Notes: generated by a model from the sequence alone, not told the origin. A DNA stretch of 64,000 nt from a virus (IMGVR_UViG_3300031143_000003:19287-83286); one strand, 5' to 3'; positions 49,188 to 59,351 are shown, counted from the stretch's first letter. Made by a program: numbers and translations.

Positions 49188-49226
49188 AACCGTTCCTTGT
49201 TTTATTATTTATTGTACTAATATAAT

Positions 49227-49265
49227 AAAAACATGTCACATAAAAAAATTATATGACATGTTTTT
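49227..49265 (-). terminator. 12-bp inverted repeat / terminator overlapping a degenerate promoter motif
   Basis: AAAAACATGTCA pairs with TGACATGTTTTT. Confidence 0.5.
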
Positions 49266-49279
49266 TCAATATATTATCA

Positions 49280-49444
49280 TTATTCAGATAGTTCAGTTTG
49301 TAATTTTACTGCTGTAGAATATACTACTTGAACGTCTTTGCCTTCGAACGTTGAATCAGCTATCAATTTCAATAGAAATTCTAATTCATCTTTATTAAAT
49401 TTCGTATTCTGTTTGGCCGATTTGACCTTTTCTAGTATTCCCAT
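49280..49444 (-). CDS. Small helical protein (54 aa, not in track), possible fibre chaperone
   Basis: Manual translation MGILEKVKSAKQNTKFNKDELEFLLKLIADSTFEGKDV...; GGAG SD. Confidence 0.62.
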   Translation of the reverse strand: MGILEKVKSAKQNTKFNKDELEFLLKLIADSTFEGKDVQVVYSTAVKLQTELSE

Positions 49445-49454
49445 TATTGCTCCA

Positions 49455-51167
49455 TTATGCCCACATGAATATTTTACTTGTGCTTGTATCTATGTATGTT
49501 CGACCCGGTTGGTTAAACGTAGTTGGTTTTGTTCCAGTTGCATTGTTTGATGTTCGAGCAAATAGCTTGTTTCCAGCAGGCGATTGCATTGATATACCAG
49601 ATGATTGATTTGTATTGTACAGCTGTACTTGTGTAGGACCTTGGACTATTCCAGACGCTATATCGGAGCCGTTTCCTTGACCAATACTTATGAATCTATC
49701 GGTTGTATGCAATGATCCTAGATCTGTTGTAGTTGTTCCTCCATTTGTCTGCAATGTAGTAACGTTCATTGATATTAATTCTATGTCGTCGACTATGCCA
49801 ATTGTTGCATCGACTAGCGTTAGACCAAATCCGGCGCTAACCTGCACTGTATCTACATCGAAAGTTGTAAGCTCTTGTGCGCCTATTGACAATATGTTTA
49901 GTGCGGTACTTTGGTAAAAATTGTATGTCGTATTAGTTGTGTTAACAGGTGGAATGGTCAATAATGTTGCACCAACGTTTGCTGGATCATACATAGTTAA
50001 CGCTAAGTCAGACATTTTGATTTTTGCATTACGAGAGCCTACTGCTGCGGAAACGTCCTCTACCCATATTACGTCCGTTGCGCCTATATTTGCTTGGTTT
50101 TGTCGTAACGATATTAATTGTGGATTAACCTTTGCTGCATTGACACTGCCATCGAGTAGTTCGGATGTATCTACTGCATTGTCCGATAATCTATCTTCCG
50201 TTATTGCAAGTGGACTCATAGCTAGTCCATTGCCATTGGAGTATAATCCACCTGATGATGAAAGATTCACTTCGATATTTACTATAGCTGATCCGTCGTA
50301 TGAAAAATCAACTATACTGTTGTCAGATGGAGTTGGAGTTAATGTATTTAATGTTACGTCTATATTTGATAAATTAGTTCCATCACCGTTAATTGTTGCA
50401 GCTGTTATTGTGCCTGGCGATTCAACTGATATTGATCCAGTAAATTCATGTAAATTAGCTGTTGCTGTTCCCCATTGATGGCTACCAAGATGTGTAGTTA
50501 TATTTCCATCAGTTAACGATGTGCCGTTTATCGAAAACGATCCAGTAAAACTAACTGGATTGGCTAACGTGTTGTTTACACTCATACTATCAAACGTTGC
50601 AGATGTAGCAGCTATATTAACAGATGTTGATATATCATCTAGTGTTGATATTGTGCCAAATGTGCTACCAGTTATTGTACCACCGGATAGTGCACCAAGT
50701 TGGTTTATATCAAGTTGTGAATTTGACATTGACATAACTGGTATTGTTGCAGATGACATGCCTAATCCAGTATCTGCAGCGTATGTTTGGTTGCTATTTC
50801 CAAACGAAGAAGATATTACTATGTTATTTGATGCGTCTGATACTATTGATATGTCGCTTTCGCCAGACGTGTTTGTACCCTCTACAAACAGTGTATCTGG
50901 ATTGAAGCTGATTTTTGCACCTACGTGGCTTGAGTCAACATCATGGTTAGATGCAGTGAACGTATATAGCGTGTCATTTGATATTATAGATGATTGTAAT
51001 TTGTGCTGTATGTCACCTGCGTCAGTAACATATAGTACATTGCTACCTGTTGCAGATCCTGTCGCAACAGGAGCCGTTAGCTGTATACCGTTATAAACGG
51101 TTAGTGTTTTTAGATCCGCGTTTGAGTCTTCGACGATTATTTCGCGCCATTCTGGAGTTTGTGCCAT
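49455..51167 (-). CDS. Tail fibre-like structural protein
   Basis: Ser/Thr/Gly-rich beta sequence. Shares N- and C-terminal motifs and internal segments with 51196..52884. Confidence 0.65.
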   Translation of the reverse strand: MAQTPEWREIIVEDSNADLKTLTVYNGIQLTAPVATGSATGSNVLYVTDAGDIQHKLQSSIISNDTLYTFTASNHDVDSSHVGAKISFNPDTLFVEGTNTSGESDISIVSDASNNIVISSSFGNSNQTYAADTGLGMSSATIPVMSMSNSQLDINQLGALSGGTITGSTFGTISTLDDISTSVNIAATSATFDSMSVNNTLANPVSFTGSFSINGTSLTDGNITTHLGSHQWGTATANLHEFTGSISVESPGTITAATINGDGTNLSNIDVTLNTLTPTPSDNSIVDFSYDGSAIVNIEVNLSSSGGLYSNGNGLAMSPLAITEDRLSDNAVDTSELLDGSVNAAKVNPQLISLRQNQANIGATDVIWVEDVSAAVGSRNAKIKMSDLALTMYDPANVGATLLTIPPVNTTNTTYNFYQSTALNILSIGAQELTTFDVDTVQVSAGFGLTLVDATIGIVDDIELISMNVTTLQTNGGTTTTDLGSLHTTDRFISIGQGNGSDIASGIVQGPTQVQLYNTNQSSGISMQSPAGNKLFARTSNNATGTKPTTFNQPGRTYIDTSTSKIFMWA

Positions 51168-51195
51168 ATGTTTCCTAGTCTACTATTATATATTA

Positions 51196-52884
51196 TTATA
51201 CAAATATGAAAATATCGTTCGATGCATCTATTCGAATATTGCCAACGTGATTTCCTTTTGCTATACCAGCTGCAGTAGACGTTCCTTCTAATATTGATAC
51301 TAACGCATAATCAATAGCTGCTGGCTGCGATGTTCCAGACATATTATGCGCTACACCAAACCTTCCATCGTCTTGTCCATCTGTGTTCCAAACTAACGCA
51401 ACACCATCGGTTCCGGAACCATTTGCATTTGCTCCAAATATTATTCCGGTATTTTCTCCATCAGCAGCGTTTTCACCAATATTGATGAATTGGTCGTCAA
51501 CAGTTAATTCAGTTGAATTGATTGTAACAATTGTGTCAGCTGTTAGTGTGCCGGTTACAGTTAAATCTTGCAATGTAACTGCAGTTGGCATACTTACTGT
51601 TATTAAATTTGAGTTAGCAACCGATGCTACGTTAATTTGATTGGATGCACCCTGCAGTGTTACAATTGTTTCTACTGCTGTTCCGTTTTCTGATAAAACT
51701 ATTCCACCACCATTATTCACGTCCAAGGTGTATGTTGTATCTGTTCCAGTGTCTAATGTTATTGCTGTGTCCAAATATGTTGCCATAGATTGCATTGATA
51801 CACGGTTAAGCGCGTCACCAGCTGCATTTGAGATTAACATAACGTCAGAATTGTCTGCCGTCGATAGCAATACACCTGAATCAGATATTAATTGATCATC
51901 TAGCTTAGCATGTGTTACTGCGTCGGTAGCAATCTTTGCTGTTGTAACAGCGCCTGGAGAAATGTGCGATGCATATATACCATCAGTTGGAATTGCTAAA
52001 CCAGCAGATGTTTTTGATAATGAACCACCATTTAGCTTAACAGAAATTGTTCTTGCTGCGGATCCATCATATGTTCCACCGTCCGAGATAAGTATTCCAT
52101 CTCCATCCGTTAGATCTGATAAGTTTATATTGCTAGGATTTAGGTTTGTTATTCCTGCACCGTTACCATATAAATATGATGCAGATATGTCGTTAGTAAC
52201 AGATATACTTCCAGTAAATCCATGTATGTCTCCAGCATCTGTACCCCAATCTTGTGAGCCTGCTGATGTCATAACTGAGTTTTCAGTGAATGTTAGTGCA
52301 TTGAAGTTGAAATTACCAGATAGTATTGTGTCCGATGTTACGGTTAAGTTAGAAAACGTTGCGTCAGATGCGGAAACGGTTCCAGCTGTTGTTATGTTAC
52401 TATCAATATCTATTATACCGAATCCAGGTACAAGCGATCCAACTTCAAGATCACCAACTGCGTTTATGCCAGTCTGAGATGTGTCAACACTGAATGTCGC
52501 ATTTGAAAGTGTTAGTCCAGTACCAGCATCGTATGTTGTATCTACGTTATTCTCATCCGATGTTATTGTTATTGTATTTCCAGCACCATTAACGGTTATA
52601 CCAGTTCCACCTTCAAACGTAACGGTCTCTGTTCCTCCACTACCATCGTTTGTTAATACCATAGACGGATCAGGACCAGTGGCTATTGACATTGTATACG
52701 TTGTATCGGTTCCACCTAGCGTTGACTGGTCAATTGCTTGGATATTACCATCCATGTCAATAACCAATACACTAGCTTCACTGTCAACTGCTTGTGACGT
52801 TTGTCCTATATTTATTCCTGCGGAGGCTGTTACAGTATTTAATACTGCATCACTGCCACTGACTATTACTTTTTTCCACGCCAT
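51196..52884 (-). CDS. Tail fibre-like structural protein
   Basis: MAWKKVIVSGSDA N-terminus; DTTY/AGTGL repeats. Confidence 0.68.
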   Translation of the reverse strand: MAWKKVIVSGSDAVLNTVTASAGINIGQTSQAVDSEASVLVIDMDGNIQAIDQSTLGGTDTTYTMSIATGPDPSMVLTNDGSGGTETVTFEGGTGITVNGAGNTITITSDENNVDTTYDAGTGLTLSNATFSVDTSQTGINAVGDLEVGSLVPGFGIIDIDSNITTAGTVSASDATFSNLTVTSDTILSGNFNFNALTFTENSVMTSAGSQDWGTDAGDIHGFTGSISVTNDISASYLYGNGAGITNLNPSNINLSDLTDGDGILISDGGTYDGSAARTISVKLNGGSLSKTSAGLAIPTDGIYASHISPGAVTTAKIATDAVTHAKLDDQLISDSGVLLSTADNSDVMLISNAAGDALNRVSMQSMATYLDTAITLDTGTDTTYTLDVNNGGGIVLSENGTAVETIVTLQGASNQINVASVANSNLITVSMPTAVTLQDLTVTGTLTADTIVTINSTELTVDDQFINIGENAADGENTGIIFGANANGSGTDGVALVWNTDGQDDGRFGVAHNMSGTSQPAAIDYALVSILEGTSTAAGIAKGNHVGNIRIDASNDIFIFV

Positions 52885-52911
52885 TTTGTTGTTTCCTTTA
52901 TATTATGTTAT

Positions 52912-54063
52912 TTAATATGTTTTTCCATTGAATTGACTTACCTGTTCTGGTAATATCGGTGTTGGCAAATAATATCCGGCTGTTCCAGATACTGGTTGAT
53001 ATATGCCGGGTGGTGCTGGATATATTAATCCAGCGTCAGTGAATACATGTGATCCAGATGATACTGTGTGTGTTCCATATTGTGGCGCAGCGTTTGTGCC
53101 ACTTGGCATATATATTGTAACAGCGTCGGTTGGGCCAGTTAGTAATATGTCACCACTAGCATATCTATTACAGCTTACCGATAAACTGGTCATTGATGAG
53201 CTAAATTGCATAATTCTGTGTGTTGGGAAAAAGTCATATATTGCATCCGGACCATCTCCAAATGCCTTCATCTTAATATGATGTGCAACGTAGCTATAAT
53301 CTACGCCAGTTAGTAATGATCCAGATCCAATAGGCACATTTAATAGTGATGCGGACGTTGGTGATCCACCGGATACAGTGTATATTTGATTAGCATCATA
53401 TTGTGCTGGTGAATATTCTGATCCAGTATAATAGTTCAAGTGAATTGATTTGCTTTCATAGTTAGCTGTGAATGCGATGGTTTCCATTGGCAATGTATGC
53501 TCAACTAATCCAGCGTATCCAGTTCGTGGACTACCATCAACTGAATATACCATGCTTGTGCAATTTGTGGAAGAGTTGACAACAAATATAGATTGTAAAT
53601 CCCCTATTATAGATGGGGATATTGTAAAGCTTGCTGTTGCAGCCACGGTTTCATCTTCATCTATTTGCATAATGACATCAGGCCAAGTAGTATTATCAAA
53701 GAATGATGTACTTATTTGCAAATATCCTGCTGCTGATATTGATGATGATCCAGTTGCCAACGATGCAGATACTAGATATTCATCCATACTGGATAAGAAG
53801 TCTGCATTTGGTATACCAGTATATGACAGACCACTGCCAGAATCATATATATAGAATCCTGCATCAAATGTGCCGTCTGTTGTCTTGGTTATAGTATCGC
53901 GATTGAACCACCCATTTGCATTTTTAGATGCTTTTGCACCATGTTGCAGTTTGCGTGGGAGTCTATGCTTAGGTCTAAACATTAGGTCATTGGATGAATC
54001 GGCAACAGAAGCTACCAACTCAGTCCATGATTTTATTTCCCATTTGTTTTTGTATTTTGCCAT
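52912..54063 (-). CDS. Putative structural protein
   Basis: ORF track; late-type motif upstream; SGS-rich. Confidence 0.55.
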   Translation of the reverse strand: MAKYKNKWEIKSWTELVASVADSSNDLMFRPKHRLPRKLQHGAKASKNANGWFNRDTITKTTDGTFDAGFYIYDSGSGLSYTGIPNADFLSSMDEYLVSASLATGSSSISAAGYLQISTSFFDNTTWPDVIMQIDEDETVAATASFTISPSIIGDLQSIFVVNSSTNCTSMVYSVDGSPRTGYAGLVEHTLPMETIAFTANYESKSIHLNYYTGSEYSPAQYDANQIYTVSGGSPTSASLLNVPIGSGSLLTGVDYSYVAHHIKMKAFGDGPDAIYDFFPTHRIMQFSSSMTSLSVSCNRYASGDILLTGPTDAVTIYMPSGTNAAPQYGTHTVSSGSHVFTDAGLIYPAPPGIYQPVSGTAGYYLPTPILPEQVSQFNGKTY

Positions 54064-54089
54064 TTGTTTTCCTTATTTGATTATAAATA

Positions 54090-54707
54090 TCAATATCCTA
54101 GGTAAAAATCACCAGATGCACTATAGAACATTCCACCTGCAACTACATCTGGTGTTTCAAAGAATTGCCCTAACATTGTTACACCTTGTAGATTTATCAC
54201 AAATCGTGCTTCTTCGTCGTCATTTAGTTTTACGGCGAATAGTGGAGATGTTCCGTCTCCGTTTATTTGCATTGTTGATGTTGACATTATTGGGGCGAAT
54301 AATGAACCTGATATTTGTAAATTAAATTGTGGGTCAACTATGTTGAGTCCAACATTTCCATTTTCAGCTGTGCCAAAGGGTGAGGATATTATTGTTCTTG
54401 GCGCTGATGATCCAATTGGAAATGAAATATTGTCAGTTATATCAACTACATTTGAATTGATAATATCTATGTTGACAGTGTTTACCTTCTCCGGCGATAT
54501 ATCAACGGACACATTAACATCAGTTGGCGCCAATATATTGTCAAACACCTGATCGACTACGATAGTTGATCCGTCTAGCACATTGCTATCCGATACGACT
54601 ATTACATTAGTTCCAAGCGTAATATCACTTATATCGAGGCTGTTTGCCGCAACATCTGATACTTCGATTGAATCATTGTTTTTCAGTATGTCTATAGAGT
54701 GCGCCAA
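54090..54707 (-). CDS. Putative structural protein
   Basis: ORF track (TTG start); contains a GNVGL....P...L.ISGS fibre-type repeat. Confidence 0.55.
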   Translation of the reverse strand: MAHSIDILKNNDSIEVSDVAANSLDISDITLGTNVIVVSDSNVLDGSTIVVDQVFDNILAPTDVNVSVDISPEKVNTVNIDIINSNVVDITDNISFPIGSSAPRTIISSPFGTAENGNVGLNIVDPQFNLQISGSLFAPIMSTSTMQINGDGTSPLFAVKLNDDEEARFVINLQGVTMLGQFFETPDVVAGGMFYSASGDFYLGY

Positions 54708-54710
54708 GAG

Positions 54711-55079
54711 CTACCTCGTTACCTGCTTTGAAAGTCTAATAGATCCTTGTAGCAACCGCGTTACCGTTCCTTCATCATCTTCTAATTCGATGTCATATAC
54801 CGCAGTATCGAATATATAGTTTGTTGTTGCTGCAGCCTCAATTCGGAGTCCTATTGTTCCGCTTGCTGTAGTCTCTGGTGTTGCTAATATTGTTAGTCCA
54901 CCATCCGATGCTGTTGAAAATGTATCAATGGTTGATCCATCAGATATAGATTCACGTATATGCATTCGCACGTCGTATCCAGTTAGAGGAATAACGGTGT
55001 TCAGCTTATCCTTATATGTGAATTGCTTAACAACGGTTGTTCCCTGTTCTATTGTAAAATTATATATTCCAGCTGACAT
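54711..55079 (-). CDS. Virion structural/adaptor protein (BppU-like Ig fold)
   Basis: YN..IEQG.T, L.GY...M.IR, VYD.EL......V.RLL.G pattern. Confidence 0.65.
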   Translation of the reverse strand: MSAGIYNFTIEQGTTVVKQFTYKDKLNTVIPLTGYDVRMHIRESISDGSTIDTFSTASDGGLTILATPETTASGTIGLRIEAAATTNYIFDTAVYDIELEDDEGTVTRLLQGSIRLSKQVTR

Positions 55080-55128
55080 TAGTTCTCCTGATGTTGTTTA
55101 TTATAAGTATCAACAGCCACGACCATAT

Positions 55129-55803
55129 TTATTTTTTATGGTTCTTGTCATAGTGTGGCAAGATTTCGTCTAATATTGGGTGACGGTGGTTTTCTAATAA
55201 CTGAATTAGATTTAGACGTTCAATTGTTGAAATTGATGATAGGAAATTTAAGCCGGTATCACTACGATGCTTCAAGTCAGTTTGATCTGTATCTCCACAG
55301 AATAGCATCTTTGATCCTATACCTATTCTTTGTAATATCATCAATGTTTGATCATGTTCCAAATTCTGACATTCATCAATTATTACAACTGAATTTGTGA
55401 ATGTTCTACCACGCATATATGATACTGGAACTATCTCAATTTGATCATTACTTATCAATTGGTCAATTCGTTCTCTACGTAGTAATTGATACATGTTACT
55501 ATATATAGGCGCAACCCAAGGACCCATTTTTTCTTCTAATTTTCCAGGTAGATAACCTAGATCCTCTTTTGAAATTGTTGGTCGAGTAATAACGATCCTA
55601 TTGACCTGTCGGTCTAATACCATTTGCAGTGCTATTTGGCATGCTAATAATGTTTTACCACTACCTGCTTTTCCCAATATTACGGCTATGTCCGATTCAA
55701 GAATCGTCGCCTTAGCTTTTTTCTGCTCTTCATTTAACGATAATAAAAATCTATAACCTTTTTTGTTATTCTTTTTACCAGTCTTTGTAAAATCACATGT
55801 CAT
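55129..55803 (-). CDS. phoH: PhoH-like ATPase
   Basis: GKAGSGKT, ITRP, LGYLPG, YMRGRTF, DECQN, GD..Q.D and HRH motifs. Confidence 0.93.
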   Translation of the reverse strand: MTCDFTKTGKKNNKKGYRFLLSLNEEQKKAKATILESDIAVILGKAGSGKTLLACQIALQMVLDRQVNRIVITRPTISKEDLGYLPGKLEEKMGPWVAPIYSNMYQLLRRERIDQLISNDQIEIVPVSYMRGRTFTNSVVIIDECQNLEHDQTLMILQRIGIGSKMLFCGDTDQTDLKHRSDTGLNFLSSISTIERLNLIQLLENHRHPILDEILPHYDKNHKK

Positions 55804-55841
55804 ATATTATCTCCTTTATTACCTATAAATATACACTAGAC

Positions 55842-55869
55842 AAAAAAAGAGACCTATTCCTAGGTCTCT
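55842..55869 (-). terminator. Intrinsic terminator after major capsid gene
   Basis: AGAGACCTA-GGAA-TAGGTCTCT followed by a T-run. Confidence 0.85.
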
Positions 55870-55901
55870 CTTAATAAATATATAGTATTAGTATACTACA
55901 A

Positions 55902-57392
55902 TTACGCTGTTGTTACTGCGCCAATCGAACTTACGTTCGTAGCTGGAACAGTTACTACACCATAGTAATCCTTACGAACTACTTTCTTAGCGTAACGTGT
56001 CATTACACCTTTTCTTGGCGTAAAGTTGGTTGGATCATAAACCAGTGGAGTCATAATTAATGGAATATATGGCGCAAATACTGCTCCAGTTTCCAAGAAT
56101 TGATTACCTCTGAATCCAACTAAGATATCATCACCAGTCCAATACGGGTTTTTGTAAACCGTCCATCTGTTTCTAAGTGCACCAACTGCGGTTACACCCA
56201 TTGCAAATTTCTCTGATGTACCATCTGTATCAACTGAGTATCCTGGGATAGCTTCTAAATATGTTGCAACTTTCGGAGAACATACCATGAAGTTAGCACC
56301 ACCACGCATAGTTGATTGATGTATAACATTAGACATATTTTGTAGCGTTCCACCTAACGTAGCTAGTTGGTCAGATTGAACCATACCACCTGAGATAGTT
56401 GGGAATGTGTGTGTTGCCGAAAATGCAGCAGCACCTTTTAACATTGCTAATATTTCCATATCAATTTCCATTGAGATGTATTCAGAAAGCATTGATGTTA
56501 ATTCAGCTTCTGCATCAATTGAATGATACGCATTCAAATCTTGTGCAAATTCTGGAGACCATTTAACCTTTAGTTTACGTGTTTTCGCAACCAAAGCCTC
56601 TTGTTCTAGTTTAACTTCAATTTCTGGAATTTCAAGATCTACACCTTTACCATCCGCAGTTCCACCCATTTCAATTCCGACTTTGTCTTCAAAATCACCA
56701 CGTAAATGTGCTGTTGCAGTATTTGCGTAATAATGAATATTACCTATAGCTCCAGCTATCATACCATCAAACGTAGCAACGTTTCCTGTTGTAATTGATT
56801 TTACCGGATAATGTACAGAATTAGATACAAAATAGAATGATTTTGCTAAATCTAAATCTGCGTCAGCTAATGCGATAGTCGATGCAGATGATACTAATGT
56901 TACTTCAGCAGATACCTTTTTACCTAACGAGTAACCAGCAGATTCACCACGTACTTCACCATATAATGCAGAAGCAGTATTTGCAGCACCTTTTTTGTCA
57001 GAATTACCAAACAAAGAATCGTCTTTAGTATTCTTACCTTTAGTTGTTCCGTATTTGAAATCCATCCAGAAAACTAAACCAGAAGGCAAGTTCATTGGTT
57101 GTACAGATACAAATTCTTTTGCAGAAATTTCACCGAAAATTCTACGAACTAATGGTAATGCAACACCGTTCCAGTCTTCAGCTTGTCCACCAGCATTGAT
57201 ACTATTTGATTCTGAAATTAATTGTTTTGCTTGGTTTTCTAAAAGGATAGCAGTATTATGTTTGTTATAATCTGTATCGATTCCTTCTAGTAATCCAGTT
57301 GCTTCCCACTTTGTAACAAGACTCTTAGTCTCGTTTCTTTGTGCTCTAAATTGAGCTTGTGAGTCATTTAATAAGTCATTAATTTGTGACAT
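55902..57392 (-). CDS. Major capsid protein (gp23-like)
   Basis: KW..TGLLEG, LLENQ, LPLVRR, VQPMNLPSGLVF, KTRKLK..W..E.AQDL.A.H, YAPY-type FAPYIPL and F.P.KG.MTRY motifs. Confidence 0.96.
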   Translation of the reverse strand: MSQINDLLNDSQAQFRAQRNETKSLVTKWEATGLLEGIDTDYNKHNTAILLENQAKQLISESNSINAGGQAEDWNGVALPLVRRIFGEISAKEFVSVQPMNLPSGLVFWMDFKYGTTKGKNTKDDSLFGNSDKKGAANTASALYGEVRGESAGYSLGKKVSAEVTLVSSASTIALADADLDLAKSFYFVSNSVHYPVKSITTGNVATFDGMIAGAIGNIHYYANTATAHLRGDFEDKVGIEMGGTADGKGVDLEIPEIEVKLEQEALVAKTRKLKVKWSPEFAQDLNAYHSIDAEAELTSMLSEYISMEIDMEILAMLKGAAAFSATHTFPTISGGMVQSDQLATLGGTLQNMSNVIHQSTMRGGANFMVCSPKVATYLEAIPGYSVDTDGTSEKFAMGVTAVGALRNRWTVYKNPYWTGDDILVGFRGNQFLETGAVFAPYIPLIMTPLVYDPTNFTPRKGVMTRYAKKVVRKDYYGVVTVPATNVSSIGAVTTA

Positions 57393-57419
57393 TATTTTCT
57401 CCTAATCTTCTAATTGTTT

Positions 57420-58235
57420 TTATTTTAAACCAGCCAGTCTTTGCATTCTAGATGAAAAGTGATTGGCTTCAACGATTACGTCCTTAGACGGTTTAGTTGA
57501 CTTTGTTGCTTTAGATGCGAATCCTTCAGCTACACGTTGTTTTTTTGGAGAATATCCAGTTAATGATTCAGCTAATGTTGAATACACTAATTTTACTTCG
57601 CGTACTGAGTTTGCTCTGTCGAACGTTTCAATTACATTCATCTTTTGAGATTCAGATAAATTGAACGATCTAAACAATTTGTTTGAGAACAACAGTTTTG
57701 AATTCAATAAATTAACTTCGTTGATTGTATCTTTCAAGGTTTGGATTGTCTTGTAAGCTTCCTCTAAGTCATTATTTTCTTCTACTGCTTCTTCTTCGTC
57801 TGCATCTTCTTGTAACGATTTGATGATTTCGTCTAAATCAATTTCTTCTTCTTCTTCAGCTTCAGGTTCTGCTGCTTCGTTTGTTTGACTTTCGTCTAAC
57901 TCTTCTTCAGCTTCTTCTTCGTCTTCCAATTCTTTGATGATTGATTCTAACTCTAATGCTTCTTCATCCTCATCTTCAACAGCCTCTACTACCTCATCTT
58001 CTGCAGATTCTTCGTCTTCATTATCTTCTTCAGCTTCTGCGTCTTCAACTATGTTGATTTCGTCAAGCTCTGAATCGTCTAAATCGTCTTCCATATCTTC
58101 AGCTATTTTTTGTGATAGCATAGATTGAAGTTTCGGTGTGAAAGCTTCCTCTAATGCAATTTTAGCGTTAGCTATCGCGGTTTCACGCACAGCTTTAGCG
58201 TCAGCAATTGCTTCTTTTAACAAGTCTTTTGACAT
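57420..58235 (-). CDS. Prohead scaffold/core protein (gp22-like)
   Basis: LLKEAIADAKAVRETAIANAK, an acidic middle region and RMQRLAGL C-terminus; immediately upstream of MCP. Start set by the AAGGAG SD. Confidence 0.85.
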   Translation of the reverse strand: MSKDLLKEAIADAKAVRETAIANAKIALEEAFTPKLQSMLSQKIAEDMEDDLDDSELDEINIVEDAEAEEDNEDEESAEDEVVEAVEDEDEEALELESIIKELEDEEEAEEELDESQTNEAAEPEAEEEEEIDLDEIIKSLQEDADEEEAVEENNDLEEAYKTIQTLKDTINEVNLLNSKLLFSNKLFRSFNLSESQKMNVIETFDRANSVREVKLVYSTLAESLTGYSPKKQRVAEGFASKATKSTKPSKDVIVEANHFSSRMQRLAGLK

Positions 58236-58384
58236 TGTTTTCTCCTTAAATATTTTGTTTGGAAATAGGGTTATTATGAACCCCAATAGAAATTATAATG
58301 TAGCAGGTGTATTATATATAAGATGATACATTTTTGTGCTATTCATTTTATAAGTATCATTGCCTTTCGCCAAAAACAACAATA

Positions 58385-58403
58385 GGGGGATGATTAGTCC
58401 CCC
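58385..58403 (-). terminator. Intrinsic terminator after bS21 gene
   Basis: GGGGGA-N7-TCCCCC hairpin followed by a T-rich tract. Confidence 0.6.
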
Positions 58404-58429
58404 ATGTTAAATATAGTATGTATATATTA

Positions 58430-58765
58430 TTACATTGCCTGGCCGTCAACAATTGTTGTCCAGCATTCAGTGTCATTCTCAGTTTCTCTAAACTTTTTCA
58501 GCCTCATAAACTCAGCACGAACTGCGTCTTTTTTCTTTTTTCGTCTTGCAACAGCTGGTTTTGTATATTCCATTCTGTCCTTGAATTCAGTTAAGATTTC
58601 TGATTCTTTAACCTGTCTCTTGAATATTTTAAGAGCTTTTTCCAAATCTCCAGTAGTTGGTCCTGGTACATTTACTCCATTTGGAATTCCTGGAATAATG
58701 AAGTCAGTTTTTTTTCTACTTGTCTTGTTTGAATTTTCACGATAATTACTTTGGTACTTTGGCAT
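58430..58765 (-). CDS. rpsU: Phage-encoded ribosomal protein bS21 homolog
   Basis: V.V......LEKALKIFKRQVKESEILTEFKDRMEYTKPAVARRKKKKDAVR matches the bS21 pattern (AL+.FK+.....G.L.E.+.R..Y.KP...R+). Confidence 0.82.
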   Translation of the reverse strand: MPKYQSNYRENSNKTSRKKTDFIIPGIPNGVNVPGPTTGDLEKALKIFKRQVKESEILTEFKDRMEYTKPAVARRKKKKDAVRAEFMRLKKFRETENDTECWTTIVDGQAM

Positions 58766-58801
58766 GCTTGTCCTAGTTTAGGTGGTTATTATTTTATATT
58801 G

Positions 58802-58827
58802 TTAAATATAACAAAAAAAGATGACAT
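58802..58827 (-). promoter_or_regulatory. Bipartite early/middle-type promoter upstream of bS21, overlapping a terminator-like hairpin
   Basis: ATGTCA-N10-TTATATTTAA; the flanking AAAAGATG/CATCTTTT forms a stem. Confidence 0.55.
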
Positions 58828-58886
58828 AGAAAAATCTGTGCCATCTTTTATTATATAAATGTTGTTAATTATTTCAAGTAGACTGG

Positions 58887-59336
58887 TTAGTCTCCTATGT
58901 AGTTATCCAATACATCTTCAACAGCTTGCCAAGCTTTAGCAAATTTACGTGTTAATCCCTTGTCCTGCTTAGATATAATCTTATACATGTTACCCATTGC
59001 TGTGTGGTATTTGTTGTAGTTGGAATCAAATTCTGACGATTCATTTAACGTTGGTTCGGAGCTTTCCTTTAATTTTTTGCCCCAACCTTTGCCATATGTC
59101 TTAATCATTTCAGCATCGCTGTTCAGCTTAACCTTGCCATTCGATTCAACCTTATGCTTACCATTACCATCTAATCCTAAATGAACATCGCCATTTGGTA
59201 GTTTAGCCGGTCCCTTTTGTTTCCAATTGAACCCAGTTGATTTTATGGTGGATCCACTCTTTGGATCGCTTCCAGCAAAGTTGTCAGCTTCAGCTATTGT
59301 AGTCTTGATCAATTGTATTAATTCAGTTTTTTTCAT
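58887..59336 (-). CDS. Hypothetical protein, candidate internal head protein
   Basis: MKKTELIQLIKTTIAE leader plus LKE/LNE sites; downstream of the protease gene. Confidence 0.55.
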   Translation of the reverse strand: MKKTELIQLIKTTIAEADNFAGSDPKSGSTIKSTGFNWKQKGPAKLPNGDVHLGLDGNGKHKVESNGKVKLNSDAEMIKTYGKGWGKKLKESSEPTLNESSEFDSNYNKYHTAMGNMYKIISKQDKGLTRKFAKAWQAVEDVLDNYIGD

Positions 59337-59351
59337 AGCTAATTCCGTATA

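Noticed and set aside
57740-58110. Low-complexity (TCT/TTC)n-like repeats
   Set aside because: Explained by the Glu/Asp-rich coding region of the scaffold protein.
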